From an uncultured Gammaproteobacteria bacterium (GTDB taxonomy: Bacteria > Patescibacteriota > Patescibacteriia > Magasanikbacterales > GWA2-37-8): a stretch of DNA of 64,000 nucleotides. How positions within the stretch are numbered: the first letter of the stretch is position 1; each line of letters starts with the position of its first letter. Below, piece by piece: positions 45,032-56,146 of the stretch. The translations under genes were made by a program, and so were the position numbers. Under the pieces are notes generated by a model. It was given only the letters and a program-made list of their open reading frames with translations. It ran no database searches and had not been told where the DNA came from. The stretch covers positions 9,031 to 73,030 of the forward strand of contig CAYTPE010000001.1 in NCBI GenBank assembly GCA_964439885.1, written 5' to 3'.

Positions 45032-46111
45032 ATGAAAATTATCCTCTCTGGTGGCGGCACACTTGGTCCGGTCATTCCGCTACTTGCGATCGCCGAAACC
45101 TACCGACAGAAATTTCCGGAAGTAAAATTCATCTGGGTTGGCACCGCCAATGGCCCGGAAAGGGGAGTGGTGGAAAGTTATAATATACCTTTTTTTTCGC
45201 TTGGTTCAGGCAAATGGCGGCGGTATGTATCGCTGTGGAACGTGGTGGATCTCTTCCGAATAGTCGTGGCTTTTTTTCAGTCGCTGTATTTTTTGCTGCG
45301 TGAAAAACCGGACTTACTTATCTCGGCCGGTGGCTACGTGAGCGTGCCGCTGCACTGGGCAGCCGGACTGCTCGCTATGCCCACGTGGGTGCATCAGCAA
45401 GATGTGCGTGTCGGGCTCGCGAACAAACTGATGTTACCGTTCGCGCGCAAAGTCACAACGGCCGTGCGCGAGACAGCGGATGCGTTGAAAAAAAATCACG
45501 CCGAGTGGATCGGTAATCCGTCACGTGATCTGCGCGTCGCCGACAAAGTGGCGGCGCGAAAAAAATTTGCTATTCCGTTTGACGCGCCGGTGATCTTCGC
45601 GCTCGGTGGTGGTACGGGGTCGGCAAGTGTGAACAAGTTGGTGCTTGACGCGTTGCCGCACTGGCCAAGTAAATGGCACGTGATCCACCTCGTGGGAAAA
45701 GAGCGCCCCAAGGAACTTTCGGAACGTGCCGCTGTCGTCTATCCGAACTATCATGTGTATGATTTTTTTACCGATGAGATGAAGGACGCGTATGCCATTG
45801 CCGATGTGGTAATAGGCAGGGCCGGTTTCTCAACCTTGACTGAGATCGCCGCTCTTTCGAAGGCGGCAGTAATACTGCCTATGTTTGGCACTCATCAAGA
45901 ACAAAATGCCGATCTTTTCGCCACCCATGGCGGGATCATAACTTTGGAGCGGGGGACAGAGACCGGACTTAAGCTAGCTCAGGTAGTAAAAGACCTGGTA
46001 GAAGTGCCCGAAAAGCGCCGTGAATTGGGGGTGGCTATGCACGAACTTTTGCCGCGGACACCTGGGGATAAGATTCTTGCGCTCATCGAAGAGGTGTGCA
46101 TACAAAAGTGA
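45032..46111 (+). CDS. murG: undecaprenyldiphospho-muramoylpentapeptide beta-N-acetylglucosaminyltransferase MurG
   Basis: 359 aa, MKIILSGGGTLGPVIPLLAIAE... N-terminal G-loop, and a C-terminal GGSLGA-like/UDP-binding region. Confidence 0.85.
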   Translation: MKIILSGGGTLGPVIPLLAIAETYRQKFPEVKFIWVGTANGPERGVVESYNIPFFSLGSGKWRRYVSLWNVVDLFRIVVAFFQSLYFLLREKPDLLISAGGYVSVPLHWAAGLLAMPTWVHQQDVRVGLANKLMLPFARKVTTAVRETADALKKNHAEWIGNPSRDLRVADKVAARKKFAIPFDAPVIFALGGGTGSASVNKLVLDALPHWPSKWHVIHLVGKERPKELSERAAVVYPNYHVYDFFTDEMKDAYAIADVVIGRAGFSTLTEIAALSKAAVILPMFGTHQEQNADLFATHGGIITLERGTETGLKLAQVVKDLVEVPEKRRELGVAMHELLPRTPGDKILALIEEVCIQK

Positions 46112-46193
46112 CCTACCCTTAGCGAAAAATGTGCCGTTCGACACTTTGTCAACGGTAGTCAAAGCTTGGGCTGTGAATAACTCGTATTATTAA

Positions 46194-46222
46194 TTGCTGA
46201 AAGAGCAATTTTTTGTTATAAT
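46194..46222 (+). promoter_or_regulatory. sigma70-type promoter with extended -10 (TTGCTG-17-TGtTATAAT) for the giant surface-protein gene
   Basis: TTGCTGaaagagcaattttttgtTATAAT, 36 nt upstream of ATG 46258. Confidence 0.45.
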
Positions 46223-46257
46223 TAGATAAAATTTAATTCATTTCCTTCCTGAAAACC

Positions 46258-49200
46258 ATGCATTTGGGAAGTGCTCGTACAATAGCTGCACAATTAGGCC
46301 GCATTACCGGCTATTTTTTGCTTTTTGTACTTGCTTTAGGGGGCCTTTTTGTTGATCCGTTTGTATCGACAGCTGCCACTGGTGTACCTAAAATTTTCAC
46401 CTATCAGGGTCGTTTGCTTGATGGGGCGGGGAATTTGCTTGGTGGCAATGGTACCAACTATTGTTTCCGTTTCTCGCTGTACGACAACGCCACCGTCGGG
46501 CAGGGCGCAAAGGTATGGCCGGCAGGAGTTCCGTCTACCATGACGCTACAAGTTAAGAGCGGTGTTTTCAACGGCGCAATCGGCGATCTTGCTGCGGGAG
46601 GGGATTTGCTTGATTATAATTTTCAGGATTCCGATGAGGTGTACTTGAACGTAGAAGTAGCAGCCCAGGTGGGTGGCTCATGCGCGGGTGTGGCATTCGA
46701 AACACTGGCTCCACGTCAGCGTGTGACTGCTAGCGGTTATGCCATCAACGCGAACACAGATGGCGGATTTACCACATCGCAGATTGCAACAGGCAGCCAG
46801 ATTCCCGTGCACACCAATGGTGCTATCGTGCTTGGTGGTGCCACTGCCGGGCTCAGTGCTACCAACGCAAACCCGCTTCTTTTGCAGGGGAGTGGTAGTG
46901 GTGACATTCAATTTTTTTCTGCACTGAATAAACTTTCTTCTGCCGGTAATTTAACATTGGCCGGATCACTCACTGCCAACGGCGCACTTCTCATCAACAA
47001 TGACGCGACTATTACTGGCACAACGACGTTGGCAACAACGAGTATTTCCAAAGCAACAATTGCGAATGCTACGGTGAATAATTTAACTGTAACGGGGGTG
47101 TGTTTTGGTTGTGGTGGGGGGGGGGCGGCAGGTGGGGTGAACACATCAACGGCAGGATACATGGCGTATTATCTGAATGGCACAAGCGTAACGGGCACAA
47201 GCATGGTGACCTTTGCTGGTAACACATTTACGGTTTCAGGTTTGTCTGTATTTACTGCTACCGCAACTTTTGCCACAACAAGCATTACGAACGCCGCTAT
47301 TGGCTCTGCTTCAGTAGGAAATTTGGTAGCTACAAACAGTACATCGACAAATAGCTTTGCTGAGGGGCTTGCTTATACCAATTTGTCTGGTGTCAATGCT
47401 ACTTCGACAAATTTGTTTGCGTCACAATTTAATTTTGTGAATGCAAATGGAACGAGTCTGACTTCTACGAATGCATTTTTTTCTAATTTAGCTGTAGGTA
47501 ATTTCAGTCCGACGAATTTGTCGACTTCTAACATTACCACTACCAATTTTGTCGCGACGGGCGCGGTGAGTCTGCCAGTTAACTCGGTGACCGACGCGAT
47601 GGTTTCGAACTCTTTGACTATTGACAACACGGGAAATATTTCCGCTACCGCTATCAATTCGGGAACACTTGGTAACAATGCTGTCACGTTGGCTCTCGGA
47701 TCTTTTGGCTCGATCACTGGAGCGCTTGGAGATGCCAACGTAGCGGACAATCTTACCATCAACGGTGGCACTATTAACAACACAACGATTGGCGCGTCGA
47801 GCCCCTCCACGGGTGTGTTTACGAACGCGACAGCTACCAATTTTGTTGCCTCGAATGTTACCACTACTAATTTGGCAGTGACGGGAGCACTAAGTGTGAC
47901 CTCACTCAACCCCACGAATTTGGCTTGGGTAAACGCCACGGGAACGAACAGTATTCTGAACAATGTAACAAGTACGAATTTGTCCGTCTCTGGCTTAACC
48001 ACTCTCGCCAACACCACCTTGACCAACGCCACCTCCACCAACTTCAACACCGTTGGCCTCACCTTCACCAACGCCACGGGCACCAACAGTGTCTTCACGA
48101 ACGCTACCAGTACCAACCTCTTTAGCACTGGCCTTGCCTTCACCAACTTAAACGGTACGAATGCCACCTCCACCAACTTCTTTGCCACCAACCTCGCGAG
48201 CCTTGGCCTGACCAGCACCTACGGCAACCTCTCCTTTATCACCGCCACCGGTGTCACCTCCACCAACGCGAGCTTTACGAACCTCAGTGCTGCCACCTTC
48301 AACCCCACCAATCTCACCTGGACCAACGCCACGGGGACCAACAGCGTCCTGACCAATGTGACCAGCACCAACCTCGCCGTCAGTGGCCTGGTTGCCTTAA
48401 CAGGGAACACCACCTTGACCAACGCCACCTCCACCAACCTCTTCTCAACCGGCCTCGCCTTCACCAACCTCTCTGGTACCAACGGAACAAGTACCAATTT
48501 CTTTGCCACGAACCTCGCGAGCCTTGGCATTACGTCCACGTATGGCACCATTACCTTCTTAACAACCAGCGGCATCACCTCAACCAACGCGAGCTTGACC
48601 AACGTTACCTCCACCAACCTGTCCGTCTCTGGCTTAACCACTCTCGCCAACACCACCTTGACCAACGCCACCTCCACCAACTTCAACACCGTTGGCCTCA
48701 CCTTCACCAACGCCACGGGCACCAACAGTGTCTTCACGAACGCTACCAGTACCAACCTCTTTAGCACTGGCCTTGCCTTCACCAACTTAAACGGTACGAA
48801 TGCCACCTCCACCAACTTCTTTGCCACCAACCTCGCGAGCCTTGGCCTGACCAGCACCTACGGCAACCTCTCCTTTATCACCGCCACCGGTGTCACCTCC
48901 ACCAACGCGAGCTTTACGAACCTCAGTGCTGCCACCTTCAACCCCACCAATCTCACCTGGACCAACGCCACGGGGACCAACAGCGTCCTGACCAATGTGA
49001 CCAGCACCAACCTCGCCGTCAGTGGCCTGGTTGCCTTAACAGGGAACACCACCTTGACCAACGCCACCTCCACCAACCTCTTCTCAACCGGTTTGGCATT
49101 TACTAATCTCAATGGTACCAATGGAACCAGCACCAACTTCTTTGCCACCAACCTCAGCAGTCTTGGCAGTACTTCCACCTACGGTAACATCTCCTTCATC

Positions 49201-52200
49201 ACGGCTAGTGGCATCACATCGACTAATGGTAATTTCACTAATTTAACAGCTTCGAACTTCATTCCAACCAATCTCACCTGGGTGAGTGCCACCGGTACCA
49301 ACACCGTTCTAACCAACGCCACATCAACCAACTTAAATACGGTTGGGTTAACCTTTACGAATGCCACGGGGACCAACGCTGTCTTGACCAACGCCACGTC
49401 AACCAACCTCTTCTCAACAGGTCTGGCATTTACTAACTTGAACGGCACGAACGCAACGAGCACCAACTTTTTTGCCACCAACCTAAGTAGTCTCGGGCTC
49501 ACCACTACGTATGAGAAAAGTACATTCCTTGTAGCGACAAATGCTACTTCAACTAATTCTTTTGTCACTAATCTATCAAGTCTAGGCATAACATCCACAT
49601 ACGCAAATCTTGGTTTCTTGGTAGGTACTAATATTACTTCAACAAATCAATACAGCAACGGTCTCACCTTTAATATCGCCACAGGTACCTCTATCACTAC
49701 TACAAATGCATATATCGCAAGTTTGGTCGTCGGCACATGTACGGGTTGTGGTGGCGGTGCGGCAAGCGGTGGTGTAAATACTTCGACAGCTGGAAATTTT
49801 GCTTATTATCAGGGTGCCAGCTCAGTCACCGGTACATCTGCCCTTACCTTGTCTGGTACGAATATTACTGCGAATGGCGCAGTAGCCTTAACTGCTACTA
49901 CCACCGCCACCAATCGTTTTATTAACACCATATCAAGCGGCTCAAATATATCAGTGGTCGGCAGCGTTGCTCTTGCCAACTCAGGTTCTAAACCATACAA
50001 CCTAGTACTTCGAGGACGGTATGCCTATGTAACAAATTTCGCTAGTTCTACCATATCTGTGGTTGATTTAAGCAATCCGGCAGCACCAACTGTAATTAAT
50101 ACAATTAGCGTTGGAATTAACGTCGGGCCAACAGGCATCGATAATGATAGTAGATATTTGTATGTTGCCGCGTCGTCTACGCCAAGCCTTTATATTTACG
50201 ATCTTTCAACTGCAGCAGCCCCGTCTCAAGTTGGTCAGTCGCTTTTGTCTTTTTCACCAACAGATATAGGAGTAGATGGTCATTTTGTCCTACTTCCGTC
50301 TCCGAGCTTTGGTCAGGTCCAAATTCGTGATATTAAATATCCAAATAATGTATCATCTGTTCCTGGCTTGGGTGGTGTTACTGGTGGAACCCGCATTACT
50401 ATCTTTGGTAAATATGCCTACTACTCGGGCTCTTCCAATCTGTATATTGCTGACGCCTCCAACCCTGCCTCAATGGTTGTTAATGGTAGTATTGCTATGC
50501 CTAATCAGGTTAATGGCGTGTATGTTGTAGACCGATACGCGTACGTATTAAATGGAGGCTCGTTAAACGTAGTTGATATTAGTACGCCCAGCGCTCCAGT
50601 AAATGTTGCGACCACTTCAATCGGCGGCACTCTCTGGGGAGTGGCTGGTACTGGCCGCTATCTCTACATTACAGATAAAGCCAACAGCTCCGTTGATGTC
50701 GTAGACGTGGCAAGCTCTACCAACCCAGTCTTAGTAAAAACCATTACAGGCTTTGCTTCACCGCAAGGCATCGCCGTTAACGGAAGATACGCCTACGTTG
50801 TAGATAATGGTGATGGTACTCTCTATGTAATTGATTTACAGGGAACGGAAGTGAGCTCTCTGGTGGCATATTCTGCCGATGTCGGTTCACAACAAATTAG
50901 AAATGATCTCTACATTGGCAACAAAGCTTTTGTGCTTGGAGGGTTGACTGTTGGTAGTTTGGGCATCGCGTCAGCCGGAGATCTTGTGGTCCAAGGCACC
51001 GGCAATTCTACACTAGCCGGCGCTTTGGTTGTTTCGTCATCCATTTCAGCAAGTGCTTTTTCTGTGTCTGATAATTCATTTTATACAAGTGTAGGAACAA
51101 CCTATATAACAAATCTAAACGCTACTAGCATTACCTCCACCAACCTCTTTTCTACCGGTCTCACCTTTACTAACGCTACAGGTACCAAGGCCATTTTCAC
51201 GAGCGCCACCTCGACGAATTTGTATACAACAAACGGCGTGTTTACTAATGCCACTACTACCAACCTGTATTCAAACGGGTTGGTCTTCTCACGCGCCACA
51301 AGTACGGCATTAACTTCCACCATCGCATACATCGGCAGCCTGACAGTCGGCAGCTGTTCAGGTTGTGGCGGCGGAGTCTCTTTGAGCGGCAATAATACAT
51401 GGAGCGGGCTAAATATATTTACCAATACTACCACATTAGCCACCACCACCATTTCAGGTATATTTGATGGTGATGCTAAATTCGTCCCAGCTAGCCCGAA
51501 TGGGAATGGTTTCCAAGTAATGAATTTAGAAAACGATGAGACGCTTTTCAGCGTCGGCCCTTCAGCAGGGAATGCTGATTTTGTGGCGATAGGGGATAGA
51601 AGTGCCGCGCTTACGACCACTACACTCTTATATGTTGATACCAAATCTGATGCTGGCGACCCCACGCCTCCACTGAGTGCGGACGGTGCTATCTATTATA
51701 ATTCGAATAGCAAAAAATTCCGGTGTTACGAAAATTCGTCATGGAAAAATTGTGATAGCGCTGCTAATGCTCAAACATTTACCGCCACAAGTACCTGGAA
51801 CAAGCCAAACGGTGTTACATATGTTACCGTGCGTTGTATTGGCGGTGGCGGTGGCGGTGGCGGCGGAAGTTCGAAGGCGGCTGGTGGTGCACGAGCTGGG
51901 GGCAGTGGCGGTGGCGGTGGCTCTGTGCTCATCAGAACATTTTTAGCTTCTGACGTAACATCTAGTATTGGTATTACTGTTGGCCAGCCAGGTGGGGCTG
52001 GCGCCGGCGGCGTAAACGGAGCCAACGGCACCAGCGGCAGCGCTGGTACTGCATCCAGTTTTGGCACGTATGTCACCTGTTATGGTGGTGGCGGCGGTTT
52101 TGGGGGCACAACTGCAGTGAATTCAGGTGGTACAGGTGGTGGTCACGGTGGTGCTGGTAATAGTGGCAGTGGTTCAGCTTCCACTGGCGGCTTGCCGGCT

Positions 52201-52704
52201 ACTGCCAGCAACGCAGTTGGTTTGTCGGGACAGGGTTCTGGTAGCAGCGCGGGTACGGCTTCTGGCCAACCATCCGAATGGGGTGGTGCTGCTGGTGGCG
52301 GATCTTCAATCACAGTAGCTAGTCAAAATGGCGGTACCTCGCTCTGGGGTTGTGGTGGCGGTGGCGCAGGTGGAAATATTACTACTGGTAACGTGGCCAA
52401 TGCACCAGGCGCTGGTGGTAACACCGGTGTTTGGGTTACGGCTGGCGGCGGCGGTGGAGCGGCTGGTTCAAGCGGTGCGGCTGGTACTAACGGCACCGAC
52501 GGAACGGGAGGAACCTCCTTGTTGTGCGGTAAAGGCGGCGGCGGTGGTGGATCTTCCACAAACGGTGCTAACAATGGCGGTACCGGTGGTAACGGTGGCG
52601 CTCCTGGCGGCGGCGGTGGTGGTGGTGGAGCCGGTACTACTACTGTTAATGGAGGTACTGGTGGCAGAGGAGGGGCAGGTGAGGTCGATGTATGGGCCTG
52701 GTAA
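46258..52704 (+). CDS. giant (2148 aa) secreted/cell-surface repeat protein: signal-anchor, Thr/Asn/Ser-rich ~106-aa tandem repeats, YVTN-type beta-propeller repeats, Gly-rich C-terminal domain
   Basis: N-terminal hydrophobic segment [15 protein letters not shown]. Low-complexity repeats of the form [46 protein letters not shown].... [29 protein letters not shown]... repeats (YVTN/LVIVD-like) follow. The final ~300 aa are about 45% Gly ([18 protein letters not shown]...[25 protein letters not shown]). Confidence 0.8.
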   Translation: MHLGSARTIAAQLGRITGYFLLFVLALGGLFVDPFVSTAATGVPKIFTYQGRLLDGAGNLLGGNGTNYCFRFSLYDNATVGQGAKVWPAGVPSTMTLQVKSGVFNGAIGDLAAGGDLLDYNFQDSDEVYLNVEVAAQVGGSCAGVAFETLAPRQRVTASGYAINANTDGGFTTSQIATGSQIPVHTNGAIVLGGATAGLSATNANPLLLQGSGSGDIQFFSALNKLSSAGNLTLAGSLTANGALLINNDATITGTTTLATTSISKATIANATVNNLTVTGVCFGCGGGGAAGGVNTSTAGYMAYYLNGTSVTGTSMVTFAGNTFTVSGLSVFTATATFATTSITNAAIGSASVGNLVATNSTSTNSFAEGLAYTNLSGVNATSTNLFASQFNFVNANGTSLTSTNAFFSNLAVGNFSPTNLSTSNITTTNFVATGAVSLPVNSVTDAMVSNSLTIDNTGNISATAINSGTLGNNAVTLALGSFGSITGALGDANVADNLTINGGTINNTTIGASSPSTGVFTNATATNFVASNVTTTNLAVTGALSVTSLNPTNLAWVNATGTNSILNNVTSTNLSVSGLTTLANTTLTNATSTNFNTVGLTFTNATGTNSVFTNATSTNLFSTGLAFTNLNGTNATSTNFFATNLASLGLTSTYGNLSFITATGVTSTNASFTNLSAATFNPTNLTWTNATGTNSVLTNVTSTNLAVSGLVALTGNTTLTNATSTNLFSTGLAFTNLSGTNGTSTNFFATNLASLGITSTYGTITFLTTSGITSTNASLTNVTSTNLSVSGLTTLANTTLTNATSTNFNTVGLTFTNATGTNSVFTNATSTNLFSTGLAFTNLNGTNATSTNFFATNLASLGLTSTYGNLSFITATGVTSTNASFTNLSAATFNPTNLTWTNATGTNSVLTNVTSTNLAVSGLVALTGNTTLTNATSTNLFSTGLAFTNLNGTNGTSTNFFATNLSSLGSTSTYGNISFITASGITSTNGNFTNLTASNFIPTNLTWVSATGTNTVLTNATSTNLNTVGLTFTNATGTNAVLTNATSTNLFSTGLAFTNLNGTNATSTNFFATNLSSLGLTTTYEKSTFLVATNATSTNSFVTNLSSLGITSTYANLGFLVGTNITSTNQYSNGLTFNIATGTSITTTNAYIASLVVGTCTGCGGGAASGGVNTSTAGNFAYYQGASSVTGTSALTLSGTNITANGAVALTATTTATNRFINTISSGSNISVVGSVALANSGSKPYNLVLRGRYAYVTNFASSTISVVDLSNPAAPTVINTISVGINVGPTGIDNDSRYLYVAASSTPSLYIYDLSTAAAPSQVGQSLLSFSPTDIGVDGHFVLLPSPSFGQVQIRDIKYPNNVSSVPGLGGVTGGTRITIFGKYAYYSGSSNLYIADASNPASMVVNGSIAMPNQVNGVYVVDRYAYVLNGGSLNVVDISTPSAPVNVATTSIGGTLWGVAGTGRYLYITDKANSSVDVVDVASSTNPVLVKTITGFASPQGIAVNGRYAYVVDNGDGTLYVIDLQGTEVSSLVAYSADVGSQQIRNDLYIGNKAFVLGGLTVGSLGIASAGDLVVQGTGNSTLAGALVVSSSISASAFSVSDNSFYTSVGTTYITNLNATSITSTNLFSTGLTFTNATGTKAIFTSATSTNLYTTNGVFTNATTTNLYSNGLVFSRATSTALTSTIAYIGSLTVGSCSGCGGGVSLSGNNTWSGLNIFTNTTTLATTTISGIFDGDAKFVPASPNGNGFQVMNLENDETLFSVGPSAGNADFVAIGDRSAALTTTTLLYVDTKSDAGDPTPPLSADGAIYYNSNSKKFRCYENSSWKNCDSAANAQTFTATSTWNKPNGVTYVTVRCIGGGGGGGGGSSKAAGGARAGGSGGGGGSVLIRTFLASDVTSSIGITVGQPGGAGAGGVNGANGTSGSAGTASSFGTYVTCYGGGGGFGGTTAVNSGGTGGGHGGAGNSGSGSASTGGLPATASNAVGLSGQGSGSSAGTASGQPSEWGGAAGGGSSITVASQNGGTSLWGCGGGGAGGNITTGNVANAPGAGGNTGVWVTAGGGGGAAGSSGAAGTNGTDGTGGTSLLCGKGGGGGGSSTNGANNGGTGGNGGAPGGGGGGGGAGTTTVNGGTGGRGGAGEVDVWAW
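47981..49258 (+). repeat. near-identical 639-bp (213-aa) tandem duplication inside the giant gene, itself composed of ~106-aa sub-repeats
   Basis: TGTCCGTCTCTGGCTTAACCACTCTCGCCAACACCACC... occurs at 47981 and again at 48620. Hundreds of following nucleotides are identical between the copies. Confidence 0.8.
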
Positions 52705-52728
52705 TTCTAAAATAAACAACATAATAAT

Positions 52729-53859
52729 ATGCGTATAAAAATTTTTTCTTCCCTTCTCCTTGTTCTTGTTGCAACACTCCTCGTGCCAGCAGCTCATGTG
52801 TCAGCCGCCAGTTCGGTGTATTACAACCCTGATTCGAAAGAATTAATTATTAATGGCGATTGCAGTGGTGATACAGCCAACATTGTGATGTACAAAAGAG
52901 CTACTAATACCGGATGGGGAAGCTTTTCCGCACCCTGTGTGAATAATCAATTTTCACTCACCGAGAAAATGACCGAATGGAAAATCGATGAAGGCCAGTA
53001 TGATGTGAAAATTGTCGACAATGCCGCACAAAAGAAGAATAATGGAAAATTTTTTAATTTTGGCAACAATGACAATCGAGTTACCGTCAACATTACAAAT
53101 TTAGTTCCGCCTGCTCCTGAGAGTCCGCTCTCCCAAGTTTCCACATCAAGCGACACCACAACGACACCACCTGCCGGTTTTACCGGTGTAGGCAGTTTAA
53201 GTACATCCACCGAGCAGGCCATAGCCGACCAACAATCATTGCTCGAACAGCTCTTCGGTGTTTTTAAGGCTATCGAAGAGTCCATTGTTCGAGTAACTAC
53301 ACTCTTTGCCGAAAGTGTCCGAACCACACTGATAAGCACAGTACAGTTCTTTAGTAAAAACATTACTGTCTTACCCGAAGGTTCAGTCACACTTCCATCC
53401 GGAACGAATCAAATCACCGGCCATGCCGAAATTCCCGCTGATGCCGATCATATTTTCATATCAAACACGCAGGTTACCGTCGACTCGCGCATTATTCTCA
53501 CGCCGCTGCACAACATTATCGCACCGTTAGCCGTAACCAACAAAATCGCCGGACAAGGCTTCGAGGTTAGCATCGTCGCCCCCCTCAAAGAACCTTTACC
53601 CTTCGATTGGGTACTCTTCCAGACGTATTCAGCCGGTGGGGAAGTGTATACGATTCCGGTCAATCTGCCAGCGCAAAATGCAGTACCCGATCAAAATAAT
53701 CAAGTAAATACAAGCACACCACCCACTGATGCGACGGTTTCTGATGGTACTAGTACTACACCTGATGCTGTTGTGCAGTCGCCGGTGCCAGTAGAAGAAG
53801 GCGGTAACTCTCCATCCGCACCTGGGGAACAAAGTAACAGTTCTACGCCGGCACAATAA
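52729..53859 (+). CDS. secreted hypothetical protein (signal peptide, Thr/Pro-rich linker and C-terminal tail)
   Basis: MRIKIFSSLLLVLVATLLVPAAHVSAASS signal peptide. No recognisable domain. Confidence 0.55.
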   Translation: MRIKIFSSLLLVLVATLLVPAAHVSAASSVYYNPDSKELIINGDCSGDTANIVMYKRATNTGWGSFSAPCVNNQFSLTEKMTEWKIDEGQYDVKIVDNAAQKKNNGKFFNFGNNDNRVTVNITNLVPPAPESPLSQVSTSSDTTTTPPAGFTGVGSLSTSTEQAIADQQSLLEQLFGVFKAIEESIVRVTTLFAESVRTTLISTVQFFSKNITVLPEGSVTLPSGTNQITGHAEIPADADHIFISNTQVTVDSRIILTPLHNIIAPLAVTNKIAGQGFEVSIVAPLKEPLPFDWVLFQTYSAGGEVYTIPVNLPAQNAVPDQNNQVNTSTPPTDATVSDGTSTTPDAVVQSPVPVEEGGNSPSAPGEQSNSSTPAQ

Positions 53860-53872
53860 TTCGATATAGTGT

Positions 53873-54307
53873 ATGAAATTCATACGTCAGCATGTGTTGG
53901 TTTTTGTTGTCGGAGCGATACTTTGTGTCGGTGGGGGATTTGTCGTGTATCAAAAAAAATGGGCGCCATTTGATTTTACCTCTCTTGTTCAAAAGCAGTT
54001 AACCGATGATGATAAACAGCGAATCGTACAAGTGGTAAGCCGGGTGGTGGAGCTCCCACGAAATGAAATTCCCGAGATAAATTTTGTCACCAAACTCGAT
54101 CGTCTCAAAACCCAAAGTTTTTTTGCTCAAGCCCAAACAGGCGATGTGGTGCTTATCTATCGCCAAGCCAAAAAAGCCTTTTTGTATCGATCCACTACCC
54201 ATCGACTTGTCAATCAGGCAACAGTTGTTCTGGTGTCTCAACCACCCGATGATACACTACTGCCCGATGGTGCTATCCCAGGGTTTGCGTTGCCCGGCAT
54301 GCACTAG
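53873..54307 (+). CDS. small N-terminally membrane-anchored protein (paralog pair member 1)
   Basis: 144 aa: transmembrane anchor, then ...ELPRNEIPEINFVTKLDRLKTQSFFAQAQTGDVVLIYRQAKKAFLY. Paralogous to the next gene. Confidence 0.5.
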   Translation: MKFIRQHVLVFVVGAILCVGGGFVVYQKKWAPFDFTSLVQKQLTDDDKQRIVQVVSRVVELPRNEIPEINFVTKLDRLKTQSFFAQAQTGDVVLIYRQAKKAFLYRSTTHRLVNQATVVLVSQPPDDTLLPDGAIPGFALPGMH

Positions 54308-54388
54308 CTCATTGTGGACAACCACTTTACTCGATTACAAAAATCATTTATACTGTAAGCATATTAACTATTAAATTTTACTTTCCGT

Positions 54389-54820
54389 ATGGAAACACGA
54401 GAAAAAATTATCATAGCGGTATTGGCAGCATTGGTGCTTGTTTTAGGTGGTACCACTTTTTATTACTCCAAAAAATTCGTTCAAGCCAAAGAAAATCCGC
54501 AGCAGTATGTGCAGCAAACAGTTGACTCGCTCGTCAAACAGGTTGGTCAGCTTATGGAGCTCCCGGCAGGTGAAGTTCCAACCGTTGCTACTGTTGTTGA
54601 TCCGGAAAAATTAAAAGGCCAACCATTTTTTGCTCATGCATCAGTAGGGGACAAAGTGCTCATTTACGGCAATGCTCGTAAAGTTGTCTTGTATAACCCA
54701 AACACAAACAAGATCGTCGAAGTTGCACCGCTCAGTATCGGCAATCCAACCGGCACGAACCAGCCAGCTCCTACGCCAACTCCAACTCAGCCTACTGAAA
54801 CTGACACTAACAAACAATAG
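54389..54820 (+). CDS. small N-terminally membrane-anchored protein (paralog pair member 2)
   Basis: 143 aa: ...ELPAGEVPTVATVVDPEKLKGQPFFAHASVGDKVLIYGNARKVVLY. Shares the ELP..E.P....V.....LK.Q.FFA.A..GD.VLIY..A.K..LY pattern with 53873-54307. Confidence 0.5.
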   Translation: METREKIIIAVLAALVLVLGGTTFYYSKKFVQAKENPQQYVQQTVDSLVKQVGQLMELPAGEVPTVATVVDPEKLKGQPFFAHASVGDKVLIYGNARKVVLYNPNTNKIVEVAPLSIGNPTGTNQPAPTPTPTQPTETDTNKQ

Positions 54821-54843
54821 TAGTTTATCTAAAGGGGACGTGT

Positions 54844-56145
54844 ATGCGCCTGGCTATTCTCAGCGTATGCCTGCTCGGCTGCATACTCACTCTGAGCGCG
54901 GTCGCGCGAGCTGAAACATTTTCTTCTCCGAGTTACACTTCTGCCGACCCGGTAGTGACTCTTCATGGTGGCTACGCGGCTTCACCGAGCTTTCAATTAT
55001 TTGGAAGTTCTGGCCCCATCGTCATCGGCGAAAGTACCAGTACGAACTTTGTGTATCGTACTGGTTTTCTTTATTTTCCCTTAGTAACCGCGCCGATCGC
55101 TGTGGCCACCCCCGGTAACGCTTCCGTAAATCTCACCTGGACAGCTGCCACAGCGGCACTCGGCTACACCATTAGTGGTTATGATGTCGGCGTGTCTGCG
55201 GCGGACGGAGGTCCGTACTCTTATTCAAATGTGGGAGACGTGCTGGCGCACACCGTGCAAGGGTTGCCCAACAACAGCGTTCGATATTTTGTGGTTAGAG
55301 CGAATGATTTTTATGGCAATCCTATTGCCACGTCATCGCAAGTTTCCGCTACACCTGTTGGCGGAAATAATAATCAAAATAATGCTGGAGGTGGTGGTGG
55401 GGGTGGGGGTGGGGGAGGCGCTGTCGCTACTACCATTCAGGCATCCGGCATTACGTTCCCCAGTGCTTTGGTGTATCTCGTGAAGGATGGTGTGATCATT
55501 GCTACTGCCGAGAGCACCGCGCAGGGCACCTTTTCTATCGGCCAGTCCGTGAGTCCAGGCACAGCGGTTTTTACCATCTATGCCGCTGATAAAAATGGCA
55601 ATCGTACCGGTTCCGTATCGTATACTACTGATGTCCAGTTCGGATCTACGACAAAGATAGAAAATATTGTGTTACCGCCTCTTGTTACAACCGATAAAGA
55701 GTCCGTCAAACCGGGCGATATCATTACCATCACCGGCAGAGGCGCGCCGAACTCGAATTCCGTTATCACCATTGATGAAATACCTGGTTTGCAGTTCAAA
55801 GTCACCCTCGATTCGAGTGGTACATTCTCCACTCCCTTCAAAGTGGCGGATCTCGGCAACGGTGCCTACAGCGTGCGCGCTCGGCTGGAGCGCAATGGGA
55901 CAGTGACGGGTCTCAGTCAACTGATACAATTTATTGTTGGCAATAAAACAGTTGATCGAACCGAACAACAGCAATGTTCAGAGGCAGATTTTAATTGTGA
56001 CGGTAAAGTTAATTTGATTGATTTTTCCATTTTGTTGTTCTGGTTTGAAAAAAAGAATCCACCGGATGCCATCGATCTGAATCATGACGGCAAAGTGGAT
56101 ATTATTGATTTTAGTATTCTTATGTACTATTGGACGGGTGGATAA
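54844..56145 (+). CDS. secreted protein with fibronectin type III-like domain, poly-Gly linker and C-terminal dockerin-type (type I) calcium-binding repeats
   Basis: Signal peptide MRLAILSVCLLGCILTLSAVARA. Fn3-like APIAVATPGNASVNLTWTAA..GYTISGYDV. Two dockerin-like repeats DFNCDGKVNLIDFSILLFWF and DLNHDGKVDIIDFSILMYYW. Confidence 0.65.
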   Translation: MRLAILSVCLLGCILTLSAVARAETFSSPSYTSADPVVTLHGGYAASPSFQLFGSSGPIVIGESTSTNFVYRTGFLYFPLVTAPIAVATPGNASVNLTWTAATAALGYTISGYDVGVSAADGGPYSYSNVGDVLAHTVQGLPNNSVRYFVVRANDFYGNPIATSSQVSATPVGGNNNQNNAGGGGGGGGGGGAVATTIQASGITFPSALVYLVKDGVIIATAESTAQGTFSIGQSVSPGTAVFTIYAADKNGNRTGSVSYTTDVQFGSTTKIENIVLPPLVTTDKESVKPGDIITITGRGAPNSNSVITIDEIPGLQFKVTLDSSGTFSTPFKVADLGNGAYSVRARLERNGTVTGLSQLIQFIVGNKTVDRTEQQQCSEADFNCDGKVNLIDFSILLFWFEKKNPPDAIDLNHDGKVDIIDFSILMYYWTGG

Positions 56146-56146
56146 T

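Noticed and set aside
47373-49598. Series of long minus-strand ORFs (281, 212, 106 and 139 aa; Val/Leu/Lys/Ala-rich) antisense to the giant gene
   Set aside because: They coincide exactly with the ACC/AAC-rich tandem repeats of the + strand gene. Antisense of these repeats is stop-free by composition (GTT/GGT), and the ORFs repeat with the same 639-bp period, so they are artefacts of repeat composition rather than genes.
51102-52797. Minus-strand and alternate-frame ORFs (187, 101, 83, 136 and 109 aa) in the Gly-rich 3' end of the giant gene
   Set aside because: They are GGN/NCC repeat artefacts (Pro/Ala-rich antisense of a Gly-rich region) overlapping a continuous 2148-aa ORF.
56084-56146. 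Upstream start (MTAKWILLILVFLCTIGRVDN...) for the cohesin-like gene as given in the ORF track
   Set aside because: It would overlap the preceding dockerin gene by 62 nt in another frame. The internal ATG at 56147 directly follows that gene's stop and yields a canonical signal peptide.
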